34,781 bases of DNA from an uncultured virus (IMG/VR IMGVR_UViG_3300005512_000007) (lineage: Duplodnaviria > Heunggongvirae > Uroviricota > Caudoviricetes), in the IMG/VR virus record IMGVR_UViG_3300005512_000007. The stretch is one strand, 5' to 3'. The number at the start of each line of letters is the position of its first letter. Position 1 is the first letter of the stretch. Under the pieces are notes generated by a model. The model was not told the DNA's origin and made no database searches. It saw only the letters and a program-made list of their open reading frames with translations. Below, one piece after another: positions 23,357 to 32,733 of this stretch. A program made the position numbers and the translations under genes.

Positions 23357-24097
23357 TTGGGCATCAAGATCCTGACCATCGATATTGAGACGCGCCCCAG
23401 TCTTGCGTACGTGTGGGGGCTGTGGGACCAGAACGTCGGCCTCAACCAAGTCGAGGAGTTCGGCACCGTTCTTTCTTGGGCCGCGAAGTGGTACGGAGAG
23501 AAGAAGGTCCACTTCGCCTCTGACTACCACGACGGCCACGACGCCATGATCGAACGGGCGTGGCAGATGCTCGATGAGGCTGATGTAGTCGTCGGCTATA
23601 ACAGCAAGTCATTCGATATGAAGCATCTCAATAGGGAGTTCGTATTGGCTGATATGCCCCCACCCTCGCACTACGCTGATGTCGATCTTCTCTCCGTCGT
23701 CAAGCAGCGCTTCAAGTTCGCATCGAACAAACTTCAGCACATCGCTGTGGAGTTGGGCATCGGGTCTAAGATCCAACACGACGGATTCGACCTGTGGGTC
23801 GGGTGTATGCGTAACGAGGAAAAGGCGTGGCGCACCATGAAGCAGTACAACATGCAGGACGTTGTGCTGACCGAACAGGTGTACGAGCGTCTGCTCCCAT
23901 GGATCAAGAACCATCCCCATCAGGGTCTCTACGACGGTGATTTGGACGCCTGCCCCCGCTGTGGACACGAGGATCTCGTCGTCAACCGCTATTACCGGAC
24001 CCGTACCGGGAAGTACCGCATCATGCAGTGTAAGGCGTGTGGCGGTTATAGTAAGGATAGTAAGGTGATCGAAAAGGTCACCCAGACGACCATTTAG
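23357..24097 (+). CDS. RNase H-like/DnaQ-type 3'-5' exonuclease with C-terminal Zn ribbon
   Basis: IDIET...GYNSKSFD...YNMQDV; CPRC...CKAC; TTG start after AAGGAGG. Confidence 0.85.
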   Translation: MGIKILTIDIETRPSLAYVWGLWDQNVGLNQVEEFGTVLSWAAKWYGEKKVHFASDYHDGHDAMIERAWQMLDEADVVVGYNSKSFDMKHLNREFVLADMPPPSHYADVDLLSVVKQRFKFASNKLQHIAVELGIGSKIQHDGFDLWVGCMRNEEKAWRTMKQYNMQDVVLTEQVYERLLPWIKNHPHQGLYDGDLDACPRCGHEDLVVNRYYRTRTGKYRIMQCKACGGYSKDSKVIEKVTQTTI

Positions 24098-24105
24098 GAG
24101 TAACC

Positions 24106-24402
24106 GTGGCTGAAGATAAGAAGTCCAAGTACACCCGTGGCGGTATCACCTTTGAGGGCTATAACAAGCCCAAGAAGACTCCCGGCCACGCCACTAAGTC
24201 GCACGCTGTGCTGGCTAAGGAAGGCGATCAGGTCAAGTTGATCCGCTTCGGTGAGCAGGGGGCCAAGACCGCCGGTAAGCCCAAGGCTGGCGAGTCGGAC
24301 AAGATGAAGAAGAAGCGTGCGTCCTTTAAGGCCCGTCACGGTGCCAACATCAAAAAAGGCAAGATGAGCGCCGCTTATTGGGCCGATAAAACCAAGTGGT
24401 GA
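24106..24402 (+). CDS. Small basic conserved phage protein
   Basis: KSHAVLAKEGDQVKLIRFG...RASFKARH...SAAYW. Confidence 0.8.
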   Translation: MAEDKKSKYTRGGITFEGYNKPKKTPGHATKSHAVLAKEGDQVKLIRFGEQGAKTAGKPKAGESDKMKKKRASFKARHGANIKKGKMSAAYWADKTKW

Positions 24403-24491
24403 GCAAAGCAAAGATGAAGGGTAAGTACACACAGGACGAGTTCATTGCAGTATGTTGTGCAGTGGCGAGTAATCAGGAGGTGAAGTGGTAA
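24399..24491 (+). pseudogene. 30-aa coupled ORF resembling an HNH-nuclease C-terminus
   Basis: KMKGKYTQDEFIAVCCAV; coupled at both ends. Confidence 0.3.
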
Positions 24492-24760
24492 TGGCCCCCC
24501 GAGAACTTCCCAGTTCACAGAAGCGCAAGTCCGCTAAGTACTACGAGGAGAACCCAGAGGCTCGTAAGAAGAAGAACGCCACGACTTCTAAGAACAATAA
24601 GAAGCCGGAACAGCGGGCTAAGCGGACTGAGTTGAAGCAGGCCCGACGTGACCGTGGTATGGACGGTAAGGGTGGTAAGGACCTGTCCCACACCAAAGAC
24701 GGCAAGTTGGTCAAGGAAGATCCCAGCACTAATCGCGCACGAAACAGAGGAAAGAAGTAA
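24491..24760 (+). CDS. Small basic protein, degenerate HNH-like
   Basis: GKDLSH.KDG...NRARN; GGAGG SD. Confidence 0.7.
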   Translation: MAPRELPSSQKRKSAKYYEENPEARKKKNATTSKNNKKPEQRAKRTELKQARRDRGMDGKGGKDLSHTKDGKLVKEDPSTNRARNRGKK

Positions 24761-24930
24761 TGGCTGAGAAGAAGGTTTGGGATAAGAAAGACCCCACAAA
24801 GAAGGATAAGAAGTTGACCCCTTCGCAGAAGGCCAAGGCTAAGGCTTCTGCTAAGAAGGCCGGTCGCCCCTACCCCAATCTCGTGGATAACATGAACGCC
24901 GCCAAGAAGGCCAAGAAGACAAAGAAGTAG
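24760..24930 (+). CDS. Small Lys-rich protein (56 aa)
   Basis: Manual translation MAEKKVWDKK...AKKAGRPYPNLVDNM...; TAATG coupling. Confidence 0.75.
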   Translation: MAEKKVWDKKDPTKKDKKLTPSQKAKAKASAKKAGRPYPNLVDNMNAAKKAKKTKK

Positions 24931-24974
24931 TGTGCTAGCATTTAGGCAGTACGTATTTCTGACGGGAGCCACTA

Positions 24975-26666
24975 GTGCCTGTTGACTTTTGGAGTCCAAG
25001 TTATAGAGCGAGTTCCAGCGACCTAACGGTCGCTATTTCTCCGCTTGGACTTGTCGAACTTGCTGACGAAGAGTTTGAGGTTCACGGTCCACGTCTAAAC
25101 CGTTACGCCGCCTGCTGGGCTTGGTACCTCGGCCACCACTGGTCGCACCGCCGTGAGATGGGCGAGGCTAATCTTGCCATGAACTACGTCCGCACCATGT
25201 CGGACTACATCACTAACTTCTGCTTCGGTAAGGGAGTCCAGTTCAAGACCCCCGAGGCAACTGGTGCGATCATTCCCCACGTTCTTCAGAAGGTGTGGGA
25301 AGTCGATAACGACAAGGGCAAGGTGCTCTGGGAGATGGGGCAGTTGGCCGGTGTTACTGGCGACTGCTTCGTCAAGGTGGCGTACGAACAGCCTTGGCAG
25401 GACACTCTCGGAGTCGTCCACTCTGGTCGCACCCGTATTATTCCGCTGAACCCCGCCCACTGCTTCCCCGAATATCACCCTCACGACAGGGACCGCATCC
25501 TCAGGTTCAAGTTGAAGTACCGGTTCTGGGGCACCAGCCCCGAGGGCACTCGTCAGGTCTATACCTTCACTGAGATCCTCACCGATGAGACGGTGGAGCA
25601 GTACATCAACGATGAGTTGATCGACCAGTACGAGAACCCCATCGGCAAGGTGCCGGTCATCCATATTCCGAACGTCAGCATCTCGTCGTCCCCGTGGGGG
25701 CAGGCTGACATCTGGGACATCATTCCGCTCAACCGAGAGTTGAACGAGAAGATGACTGAGATCTCGGACATCATCAACTACCACAGCGCCCCCGTAACCA
25801 TTATCACTGGTGCTAAGGCTTCACAGTTGGAGCGTGGTGCCAAGAAGGTGTGGGCTGGTCTCCCCGACAAGGCTCGGGTATACAACCTTGAGTCCAGCGG
25901 TGAGATGGCTGGTGCGCTGAACTACGTGCAGGTCATCAAGCAGGCGATGCACGAGATCACTGGTGTGCCTGAGACTGCTCTTGGTAAAACTCAGCCGATC
26001 TCCAATACCTCGGGTGTTGCGTTGGCTATTCAGTATCAGCCGATGATGAACCGCTACTACATGAAGCGGACGCACTTTGCTAAGGGCCTCGTTCAGTTGA
26101 ACGAACTCATCATCCGCACACAGGCCGTTCACGAACCGGAGTCGCTCCAGTGGAACCCCGCCGAGGCGACATTCCCAGAGCCTGATCAGTTGCAGGTGCT
26201 CGACCCCCGTGACCCGCTCACATATCGTACGTCTATCCATTGGCCTGATCCGCTCCCCGTCGACCAGTTGATCAAACTCAACGAGTTGCAGGCGAAGATG
26301 GCGATGGGTCTGGAGTCCAAGCGTGGCGCTCTGCGTGCCCTTGGCGAGGAATTCCCGAATGAGAAGATGGCGGAGGTTTCTGAGGAACTCCGCGATGATG
26401 CGTTTGATCAGGGTGCCCTTGAGTTAATTGGCGCTCAGATATCCGCGTCCGTTATGGCTTTAACGGGTATGGTTACACCCGAAGGAGCGCAGCCTGCGTC
26501 AGACGTAAAGAGCGCAGGCGGCTCCGACGTAACATCTGCCGGTTCCGCAGAAGAGGGATCGGGAGTATTGCCGGGGGTCCAACCCTCCGGTGATGTAGTA
26601 AATCAATTGGTGCAGAGAGCGTATGGGGCGAATCTCGCCCAAAGACGAGTCCCCGACTCAGACTAA
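24975..26666 (+). CDS. Portal protein
   Basis: 563 aa; NPIGKVPVIHIPN...WGQADI, SGVAL; position between terL and scaffold. Confidence 0.88.
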   Translation: MPVDFWSPSYRASSSDLTVAISPLGLVELADEEFEVHGPRLNRYAACWAWYLGHHWSHRREMGEANLAMNYVRTMSDYITNFCFGKGVQFKTPEATGAIIPHVLQKVWEVDNDKGKVLWEMGQLAGVTGDCFVKVAYEQPWQDTLGVVHSGRTRIIPLNPAHCFPEYHPHDRDRILRFKLKYRFWGTSPEGTRQVYTFTEILTDETVEQYINDELIDQYENPIGKVPVIHIPNVSISSSPWGQADIWDIIPLNRELNEKMTEISDIINYHSAPVTIITGAKASQLERGAKKVWAGLPDKARVYNLESSGEMAGALNYVQVIKQAMHEITGVPETALGKTQPISNTSGVALAIQYQPMMNRYYMKRTHFAKGLVQLNELIIRTQAVHEPESLQWNPAEATFPEPDQLQVLDPRDPLTYRTSIHWPDPLPVDQLIKLNELQAKMAMGLESKRGALRALGEEFPNEKMAEVSEELRDDAFDQGALELIGAQISASVMALTGMVTPEGAQPASDVKSAGGSDVTSAGSAEEGSGVLPGVQPSGDVVNQLVQRAYGANLAQRRVPDSD

Positions 26667-26740
26667 ACATACGCCTAATACGGAATAACCATACGGAACC
26701 CATTTCAGACATATAAGCACGACAACGTGAGGTATTAACC

Positions 26741-27526
26741 ATGTCAGGTAATGAGACCGGTGACGCTGTCACCATTGATAACCCTGCGGCGGCTCCTGTT
26801 GAACAGGAAACCGCTCCGGCCCCCGCTCAGGTGAGCAAGAACTCTCGGATGTTCTCCGAGGACGAGGTCGAGGCCATCCGCCGTCAGGAAAAGGACAAGT
26901 TGTACGACAAGATCTCCAAGTTGCAGGAGCAAGTTGAGGTCTTCAACCACGAGCGTGAAGAGCAGAAGCGCATCGCTGAGGAACTCGCTGCCAAGGAGGC
27001 AGAAGAGCGTCGTCTTCGTGAAGAAGAGGAGATGTCCGCCAAGGAACTTCTCATGAAGAAGGAAGACGAATTCCAACAGCGCATCAACACTGCTCAGCAG
27101 GAGTGGGAGGAGAAGTTCAACGCTCTCCAGCAGGAGTCTGAGGCGCAGAAGGCGGTCCTTGAGCAGGAGCGTCGCTTTCAGGAATTGGAGTCGTATAAGT
27201 CCCGCCGCATTGCGGAGGAGCAAGACAACATCATGCCGGAACTCCTTGACTTCATCAAGGGAAACTCAGAAGATGAGATTGAGAGCGCAATTTCGGCTGT
27301 AGTTGCTCGCACATCTGCTATTGTGGAGAATATCCAGCAGGCTATGCCGCAACAGCAGCAGCGCTTGCGGGGAGTCCCGGCAACGGGATCAACCCCAACT
27401 GGGCCATTGGAGAATATGACGGAGCAGCAGACCTTCACTTCGGCGGATATCGCCGGGATGTCGATGGAGCAGTACGCACAAGTCCGAGACAGGCTCTTGG
27501 CATCAGCCTCTTTCCGAGGTCGCTAA
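26741..27526 (+). CDS. Capsid scaffolding protein
   Basis: E/Q/K-rich coiled coil; C-terminal IAGMSMEQYAQVR; directly before MCP. Confidence 0.85.
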   Translation: MSGNETGDAVTIDNPAAAPVEQETAPAPAQVSKNSRMFSEDEVEAIRRQEKDKLYDKISKLQEQVEVFNHEREEQKRIAEELAAKEAEERRLREEEEMSAKELLMKKEDEFQQRINTAQQEWEEKFNALQQESEAQKAVLEQERRFQELESYKSRRIAEEQDNIMPELLDFIKGNSEDEIESAISAVVARTSAIVENIQQAMPQQQQRLRGVPATGSTPTGPLENMTEQQTFTSADIAGMSMEQYAQVRDRLLASASFRGR

Positions 27527-27565
27527 TAACTCATAACCACTAAATATCCTACGGAGGATAAAACC

Positions 27566-28645
27566 ATGGCCCTTCCCGCACCTCAGGGTGGAGCGATTAC
27601 CGGTGCCGACCTTTCGGCGGTCACCACGACCGGCTACTCGTCGGACGCTACTCTCTCCCCCGCCATTCAGCAGATCTGGTCGAAGGAGATCCTGTTCCAA
27701 GCGATGCCGGTGCTTCGCTTTGAGCAGTTCGCCGTCAAGAAGACGGAGTTGGGCGTTCAGCCCGGTCTGACGATCAACTTCATGCGTTACAACAACCTCA
27801 GCGTCGACCAGACTGGGTCGGAGTTGACTGAGGGTGTTCGTATGGAGCCGGTCGCCCTCTCGGCCTCGCAGATCCAGATCACCGTCAAGGAGCACGGTAA
27901 GGCTGTCGCCGTCACCGAACTCCTCCTCAACGCCTCGTTCGATGACGTGATGGCCTCGGCCTCGCGCCTCCTCGGTCGTCACATGGCTCAGTCCATGGAC
28001 ACGCAGGCCCGCAACACCCTCTACCAGAACGCTATCCCGTTCGGTGGTGGGTCCGCCGTTGCCCCCAACGCCGTCTTCGGACGCACCACGGCTACGACCC
28101 GTGGCGCAATCTCGCCGTACGACCCGGGCACCGTTGGTACCGCGTCGGCCCCGGGCTACATGTCCCCGGCGACCGTCAAGGATGCCGTTGAGGTCCTCGC
28201 TGGCCAGAACATCCCGCGTCTGGGCGACACCTACGTGTGCTTCGTTCACCCGTCGCAGAGCCGTGCGCTCCGTGACTGGCCGGAGTTCATCGAGGTCACG
28301 AAGTACGCCGCCCCCGGCAACTTCATGCTCGGTGAGATCGGGCGTATCTACGACGTTGTCTTCATTGAGACCACGCAGGTTGCCAAGGGTCTGGACACCA
28401 GCGCCATCGCTGCTGGCCTGCCGGACGCTGGTGACGGCGATGTCGCTGACGAGTCGTACGCCGCCATCATGATCGGTGACAACGCCTTCGGCCACGCCAT
28501 CTCGCTCCCGGTTGAGTTGCGAGACGGCGGTGTGATCGACTTCGGTCGTGAGCACGGGTTGGCGTGGTACGCCATCTGGGGCTTCGGCATGATCACGCAC
28601 GAGTCCCGCGTCATCCTCAACACCCTCGGTGGGGCCATCGCCTGA
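27566..28645 (+). CDS. Major capsid protein (N4-gp56-like)
   Basis: G.TINF.RY..L...L.EG...EHG...CFVHP...GEIG.I..V.F.ET...AWY; strong SD and codon bias. Confidence 0.92.
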   Translation: MALPAPQGGAITGADLSAVTTTGYSSDATLSPAIQQIWSKEILFQAMPVLRFEQFAVKKTELGVQPGLTINFMRYNNLSVDQTGSELTEGVRMEPVALSASQIQITVKEHGKAVAVTELLLNASFDDVMASASRLLGRHMAQSMDTQARNTLYQNAIPFGGGSAVAPNAVFGRTTATTRGAISPYDPGTVGTASAPGYMSPATVKDAVEVLAGQNIPRLGDTYVCFVHPSQSRALRDWPEFIEVTKYAAPGNFMLGEIGRIYDVVFIETTQVAKGLDTSAIAAGLPDAGDGDVADESYAAIMIGDNAFGHAISLPVELRDGGVIDFGREHGLAWYAIWGFGMITHESRVILNTLGGAIA

Positions 28646-28671
28646 TAACCCCGCCAAGTAAGTACTGGCTA

Positions 28672-28702
28672 GAAGGGCGGGGGCACACGCCCCCGCCCTT
28701 TC
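28672..28702 (+). terminator. Intrinsic terminator after MCP
   Basis: AAGGGCGGGGGC-acac-GCCCCCGCCCTTT. Confidence 0.75.
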
Positions 28703-28724
28703 CAGTTCGTAGAGGAGACGTAGG

Positions 28725-29081
28725 ATGACTTCATTAGCAGGAACTTATGGGTTTACTGCCGATCAGGGAGCCACGTTCTCACAGACGGTCAAGTGGAAGG
28801 ATTCCACTGGGTCGTTGATCGACCTCACCGGCTACACCGCCGAGATGGTCATCCGTGAGAGGACCACAGCCGCCCCTGTAGCGCTGACCCTCTCTACTTC
28901 CAATGGCCGCATTACCCTCGGGGATGCGGCTGGCACTATTGACCTGCTTATTGCCGACGAAGATACGGCAGATCTTGACGAAGGTCATTACACCTACACG
29001 CTTGAGTTGACCTCATCTGGGGGCATCGTGGAGCGTGTGCTTATGGGGTTATTCGTAGTTAGGCCGAAGGTGTTCCGATGA
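28725..29081 (+). CDS. Beta-sandwich virion adaptor-like protein
   Basis: QGATF...IDLTGYTAEM.IR...G.I.L...T..L...Y.Y.LEL. Confidence 0.7.
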   Translation: MTSLAGTYGFTADQGATFSQTVKWKDSTGSLIDLTGYTAEMVIRERTTAAPVALTLSTSNGRITLGDAAGTIDLLIADEDTADLDEGHYTYTLELTSSGGIVERVLMGLFVVRPKVFR

Positions 29082-29527
29082 GCAACTACGTTGAGGTCTA
29101 CGAATCCATCAACATAGTAGAAGCGTATCCAGAGCAGAATGTTGTAGAGGTCACCAGCCCCGGGGCGCAAGGTCCTCGTGGATCAATCTTCATTCAGGGC
29201 AGCGGCGTCCCCACTAATGATGTCGGCTCTGTAGGTGACTACTACGTTGACGTTGACGACGCTAACGCGCTGTACGGGCCAAAGACTGACGCTGGTTGGC
29301 CCGCAGACCCCTTTGGCGCGTTCAGCACAGAAACCCGACGTTCTATCTATACCCAAGCGTCCCCATCTTCATCTTGGAGCATTACTCACAACTTAGGCGG
29401 GTACCCGTCTGTTACTGTTGTGGACAGCGGAAAAACACAGGTTATAGGAGAGGTAACTTACCTCAGCGAGACTTCAATTCGTGTAGACTTCACTCAGCCG
29501 TTCTCGGGCATTGCCTATCTAACCTAA
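29078..29527 (+). CDS. Virion structural protein with short collagen-like linker and HNLG domain
   Basis: GAQGPRG; GDYYVD..LYGPK; W.ITHNLG.YPSVTVVD. Confidence 0.75.
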   Translation: MSNYVEVYESINIVEAYPEQNVVEVTSPGAQGPRGSIFIQGSGVPTNDVGSVGDYYVDVDDANALYGPKTDAGWPADPFGAFSTETRRSIYTQASPSSSWSITHNLGGYPSVTVVDSGKTQVIGEVTYLSETSIRVDFTQPFSGIAYLT

Positions 29528-29536
29528 GGACTTTTT

Positions 29537-30889
29537 ATGGCAACGAAGTTCGTTACAAATCTTGATCTGGTTCAGAATCAGATCGTTAATGGTCGTTTTG
29601 AAAGCCTCGCTTCCGACCCCAACACTGGCAACTTCGTTGGTCGCGTTGTCTACAACACCACCGAAAATGTCATCAAGTGGTATGACGGCACGGGCTGGCG
29701 CAAGGTTGTTCATGCCGTTGCCTCGGCGGGGGGCAACTCTGCTGCTCTTAGCGTTAGCGAGTCTAACGGTTCGGTCAGTATCACTCCCAATGCGGCGACC
29801 TCCACTGATCCCGGTGTTATGTCGGCGGCTGATAAGACCAAGTTGGATGCCGCTACCTCTAGCAACACCGGTTCCACGATTGTCTTCCGTGATGCGTCTG
29901 GTGACTTCGCTGCCAACGACATCACCGCTAACAAGGTCACTGGCCTTGTCGCCCCCACCGCTGACACCGACGCTGCTAACAAGGCGTACGTCGATGCGGC
30001 CCGCTCCGGTCTTGATGTTAAGCAGTCGGTGCGAGTTGCCACCACCGGCTCCGATATCTCGCTGAGCAACACCACGACCACCGTTGACGGTGTCACCCTG
30101 AGCGATGGGGACCGTATCCTCGTCAAGGATCAGACTGACGCTTCTGAGAACGGTATTTACGTTGTCTCCACCAGTGGCGCGTGGTCTCGTTCCTCCGATG
30201 CCGACTCCAGCGCCGAAGTTACCGCTGGCCTCTTCACCTTCGTTGCTGAGGGTGACGCCAACGGTGACAGCGGATGGGTGCTCTCCACCAATGACGCCAT
30301 CACTCTTGGCACTACTGATCTAGCCTTCGCCAAGTTCTCTGGTGCTGGCCAGATCATTGCTGGTGACGGTCTCTCCAAGTCCGGCACCCAGTCGAACCAG
30401 ATTGATGTCAACGTCGATGGATCTACGACCTACATTGACGGTTCTGACAACGTCGCCGTCAAGTCGTCGGCCACCCAGTATGAGGTGCTTATCTCTGACG
30501 GGGCGGGAACTACCCCGACGTGGGGCGCTCTTGACCTCTCGCAGGGTGCGGCGGTTACCAATGATCTTCCGGTCACCCACGGTGGTACCGGTGCCAGCAC
30601 CGCTGCTGACGCCCGTAACAACCTCGCTGATACCACCTCTGGGACGACGAGCACTCCGACGCTGGCCCGCGTTGCCGCTCAGGACTGTGCCGCCTCTTCG
30701 GGTTCGACCAGCATCACTACGGTGACCCACAACTTCGGTACCAAGGACATCCTCGTTCAGGTCTTTGAGGTGTCCACGGGCGCGACGGTGATCGCTGACT
30801 CCGTCCGCACCTCCACTAGTGCTGCTACTGTCACCATTAACGGTGCCAGCATCACCTCTGGTGATTACCGCATCGTCGTAACGGGCTGA
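29537..30889 (+). CDS. Fibre/structural protein
   Basis: G.MSAADK.KL; DAANKAYVD; GDRILVKDQT..SENGIY; GGTGA; S/T/A-rich. Confidence 0.8.
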   Translation: MATKFVTNLDLVQNQIVNGRFESLASDPNTGNFVGRVVYNTTENVIKWYDGTGWRKVVHAVASAGGNSAALSVSESNGSVSITPNAATSTDPGVMSAADKTKLDAATSSNTGSTIVFRDASGDFAANDITANKVTGLVAPTADTDAANKAYVDAARSGLDVKQSVRVATTGSDISLSNTTTTVDGVTLSDGDRILVKDQTDASENGIYVVSTSGAWSRSSDADSSAEVTAGLFTFVAEGDANGDSGWVLSTNDAITLGTTDLAFAKFSGAGQIIAGDGLSKSGTQSNQIDVNVDGSTTYIDGSDNVAVKSSATQYEVLISDGAGTTPTWGALDLSQGAAVTNDLPVTHGGTGASTAADARNNLADTTSGTTSTPTLARVAAQDCAASSGSTSITTVTHNFGTKDILVQVFEVSTGATVIADSVRTSTSAATVTINGASITSGDYRIVVTG

Positions 30890-30927
30890 CATAAGGGGGT
30901 TGCGGCCCCCACGGAAGGGACTGAGTC

Positions 30928-31479
30928 GTGGCTCAGAAGTTCACTACCCCAATTGTTATACGGAACATCACGTCGGCAGCGTCCGACGCATTGGCCGTAT
31001 CGGTGGACGGCGAGGCCGCTGACCGCATCAAGTTTGAGGCGGGTGGCCGACTTGTCTGGGGTGGCGGGGCTTCTGCTGGCGATGTCAACCTGTACCGCCA
31101 CGCCGCTGATCTTCTCAAGACCGACGATGCCTTTGAGGCCGCTGCTGGCGTCATCACGCTGACATCCAGCGGCACCCCTACGTCAAGCATCGCTGACGGT
31201 GCCATAGCCATTGATACCACTAACGATGTCTTCTATTTCAAGTCCAGCGGTACGTGGCAGGAGGTTGCTGGCGGCGGAGCAACAGTCACCGTCTCTGACA
31301 CGGCCCCGGCTAGTCCGGTAGAAGGAGACCTATGGTTTGAGTCCGACACAGGACGCCTTCTTGTCTACTACGATTCCACGTGGGTTGAAGTAGGCGGCGC
31401 TGGTGGCGGTGGAGGATCGTCTACAATTACAAGTAGCAGCACGGATGCTGCGATTCTTTTGATGGAGATTGGACCGTAA
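30928..31479 (+). CDS. Fibre-associated structural protein
   Basis: SDTAP.SP.EGDLWF.SDTG.L.VYYD..WV repeat. Confidence 0.75.
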   Translation: MAQKFTTPIVIRNITSAASDALAVSVDGEAADRIKFEAGGRLVWGGGASAGDVNLYRHAADLLKTDDAFEAAAGVITLTSSGTPTSSIADGAIAIDTTNDVFYFKSSGTWQEVAGGGATVTVSDTAPASPVEGDLWFESDTGRLLVYYDSTWVEVGGAGGGGGSSTITSSSTDAAILLMEIGP

Positions 31480-31817
31480 TGGCAACAGGAGATCGCACAG
31501 AGACTAGGGTCTTCGGCCCCTCAGAGATAGCAACAGCAGCATCTGCCGGTACTGTCGGCACCGTCCCCGCTAGCCGTGTCTGGGTAACTAAGCAGTTCAT
31601 CTTCACGAACACGAATGGTGTGGATGCGTGGGTTACCGTGTCTGTTGGGGACGTTTCTACCGCAAGTAACGCTATTTTCTATCAGTTGCCGGTGGCGGGT
31701 AATGACACGGTGGTGTTCGATACTGCGTTGGTATTAACTGCTACGGAGACTGTTCAGGCTATATCAGATAGGTCCGGTGTGAATATCACTGGTGTTGGCT
31801 GGGTGAAGGAAGTCTGA
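31479..31817 (+). CDS. Small beta-rich structural protein
   Basis: Coupled ORF within the fibre cluster. Confidence 0.7.
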   Translation: MATGDRTETRVFGPSEIATAASAGTVGTVPASRVWVTKQFIFTNTNGVDAWVTVSVGDVSTASNAIFYQLPVAGNDTVVFDTALVLTATETVQAISDRSGVNITGVGWVKEV

Positions 31818-32506
31818 TGGCTATTGATGCCGCGTTGGGGCGTCTTGGGATTAGGCCCGGGGTGTGCACTAGTTCAACGCGCCCCGCGAACCCCTACGAA
31901 GGTCAGGTAATCTACGAGACTGACACTAATCGTACTCTTGTGTATGACAATGCTGCGTGGCTTGTTGTTGCCGATAATCAGGTGTTAAGCATTGATACGA
32001 CTAATAGTCGTGTTGGTATCAATGATACTTCTCCGTCGTATGCGTTGGATGTGACCGGCGATATCAACGCCTCAGGTGACCTACGGATCGGCGGAACAGC
32101 AATCGGCGACGTTCAGACGTACACGCCAACATGGACCGCTACCGGTGGCACACCGACAATCGGCAACGGCACGTTGACCGGCAAGTACGCGGTCATTAAT
32201 AACTGGTGCGTGGGCGAGATTAAAATGACACTTGGTTCTACATCGTCGTTTAGCGGAACGAATGAATGGCGTTGGTCATTGCCAGTTGCTGCGGTAAACC
32301 CGATTGGTGGTTTCCCAGCAATAGGTGCGTCTTTGATGGTTGATACTGGTGTATCGATCTACCGTGGCATCGTGGTTTATGTCGCCTTGAATAAAGTCGG
32401 TGTTTATGCTGTTGATAATAGTGCGTTTTCGGTTGCTCCGACTGTCCCGTTTACTTGGACAACCAATGAAGAAATCTACATTACGTTCGGTTACGAGGTG
32501 GCCTGA
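31817..32506 (+). CDS. Fibre/receptor-binding protein 1 (GVC..RP..PY.GQVIYETDT N-module)
   Basis: VGINDTSPSYALDVTG repeat; YTPTW...GNGTLTGKY C-domain. Confidence 0.75.
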   Translation: MAIDAALGRLGIRPGVCTSSTRPANPYEGQVIYETDTNRTLVYDNAAWLVVADNQVLSIDTTNSRVGINDTSPSYALDVTGDINASGDLRIGGTAIGDVQTYTPTWTATGGTPTIGNGTLTGKYAVINNWCVGEIKMTLGSTSSFSGTNEWRWSLPVAAVNPIGGFPAIGASLMVDTGVSIYRGIVVYVALNKVGVYAVDNSAFSVAPTVPFTWTTNEEIYITFGYEVA

Positions 32507-32733
32507 TGATTGTTTCATGTGTATTCGGCCCCGACCCTCAGAACAGCGATCACGAAGCAATCATGCGGAATCACCGCAACCGCTTGTTAGCGGAGTCTGA
32601 TTGGGCGATGACTTCGGATGCTCCTACCGATAAGCAGGCGTGGGCGGCGTACCGTCAACAGTTGCGGGACTTCCCGTCAACGTGGACTGCTGGTCCGACC
32701 GCAGAGTTCCCTGATCCGCCGGGAGGTGAATGA
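32506..32733 (+). CDS. Tail-fibre assembly chaperone
   Basis: RNRLLAESDW...W..YRQ.LRD.P...P..P. Confidence 0.85.
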   Translation: MIVSCVFGPDPQNSDHEAIMRNHRNRLLAESDWAMTSDAPTDKQAWAAYRQQLRDFPSTWTAGPTAEFPDPPGGE

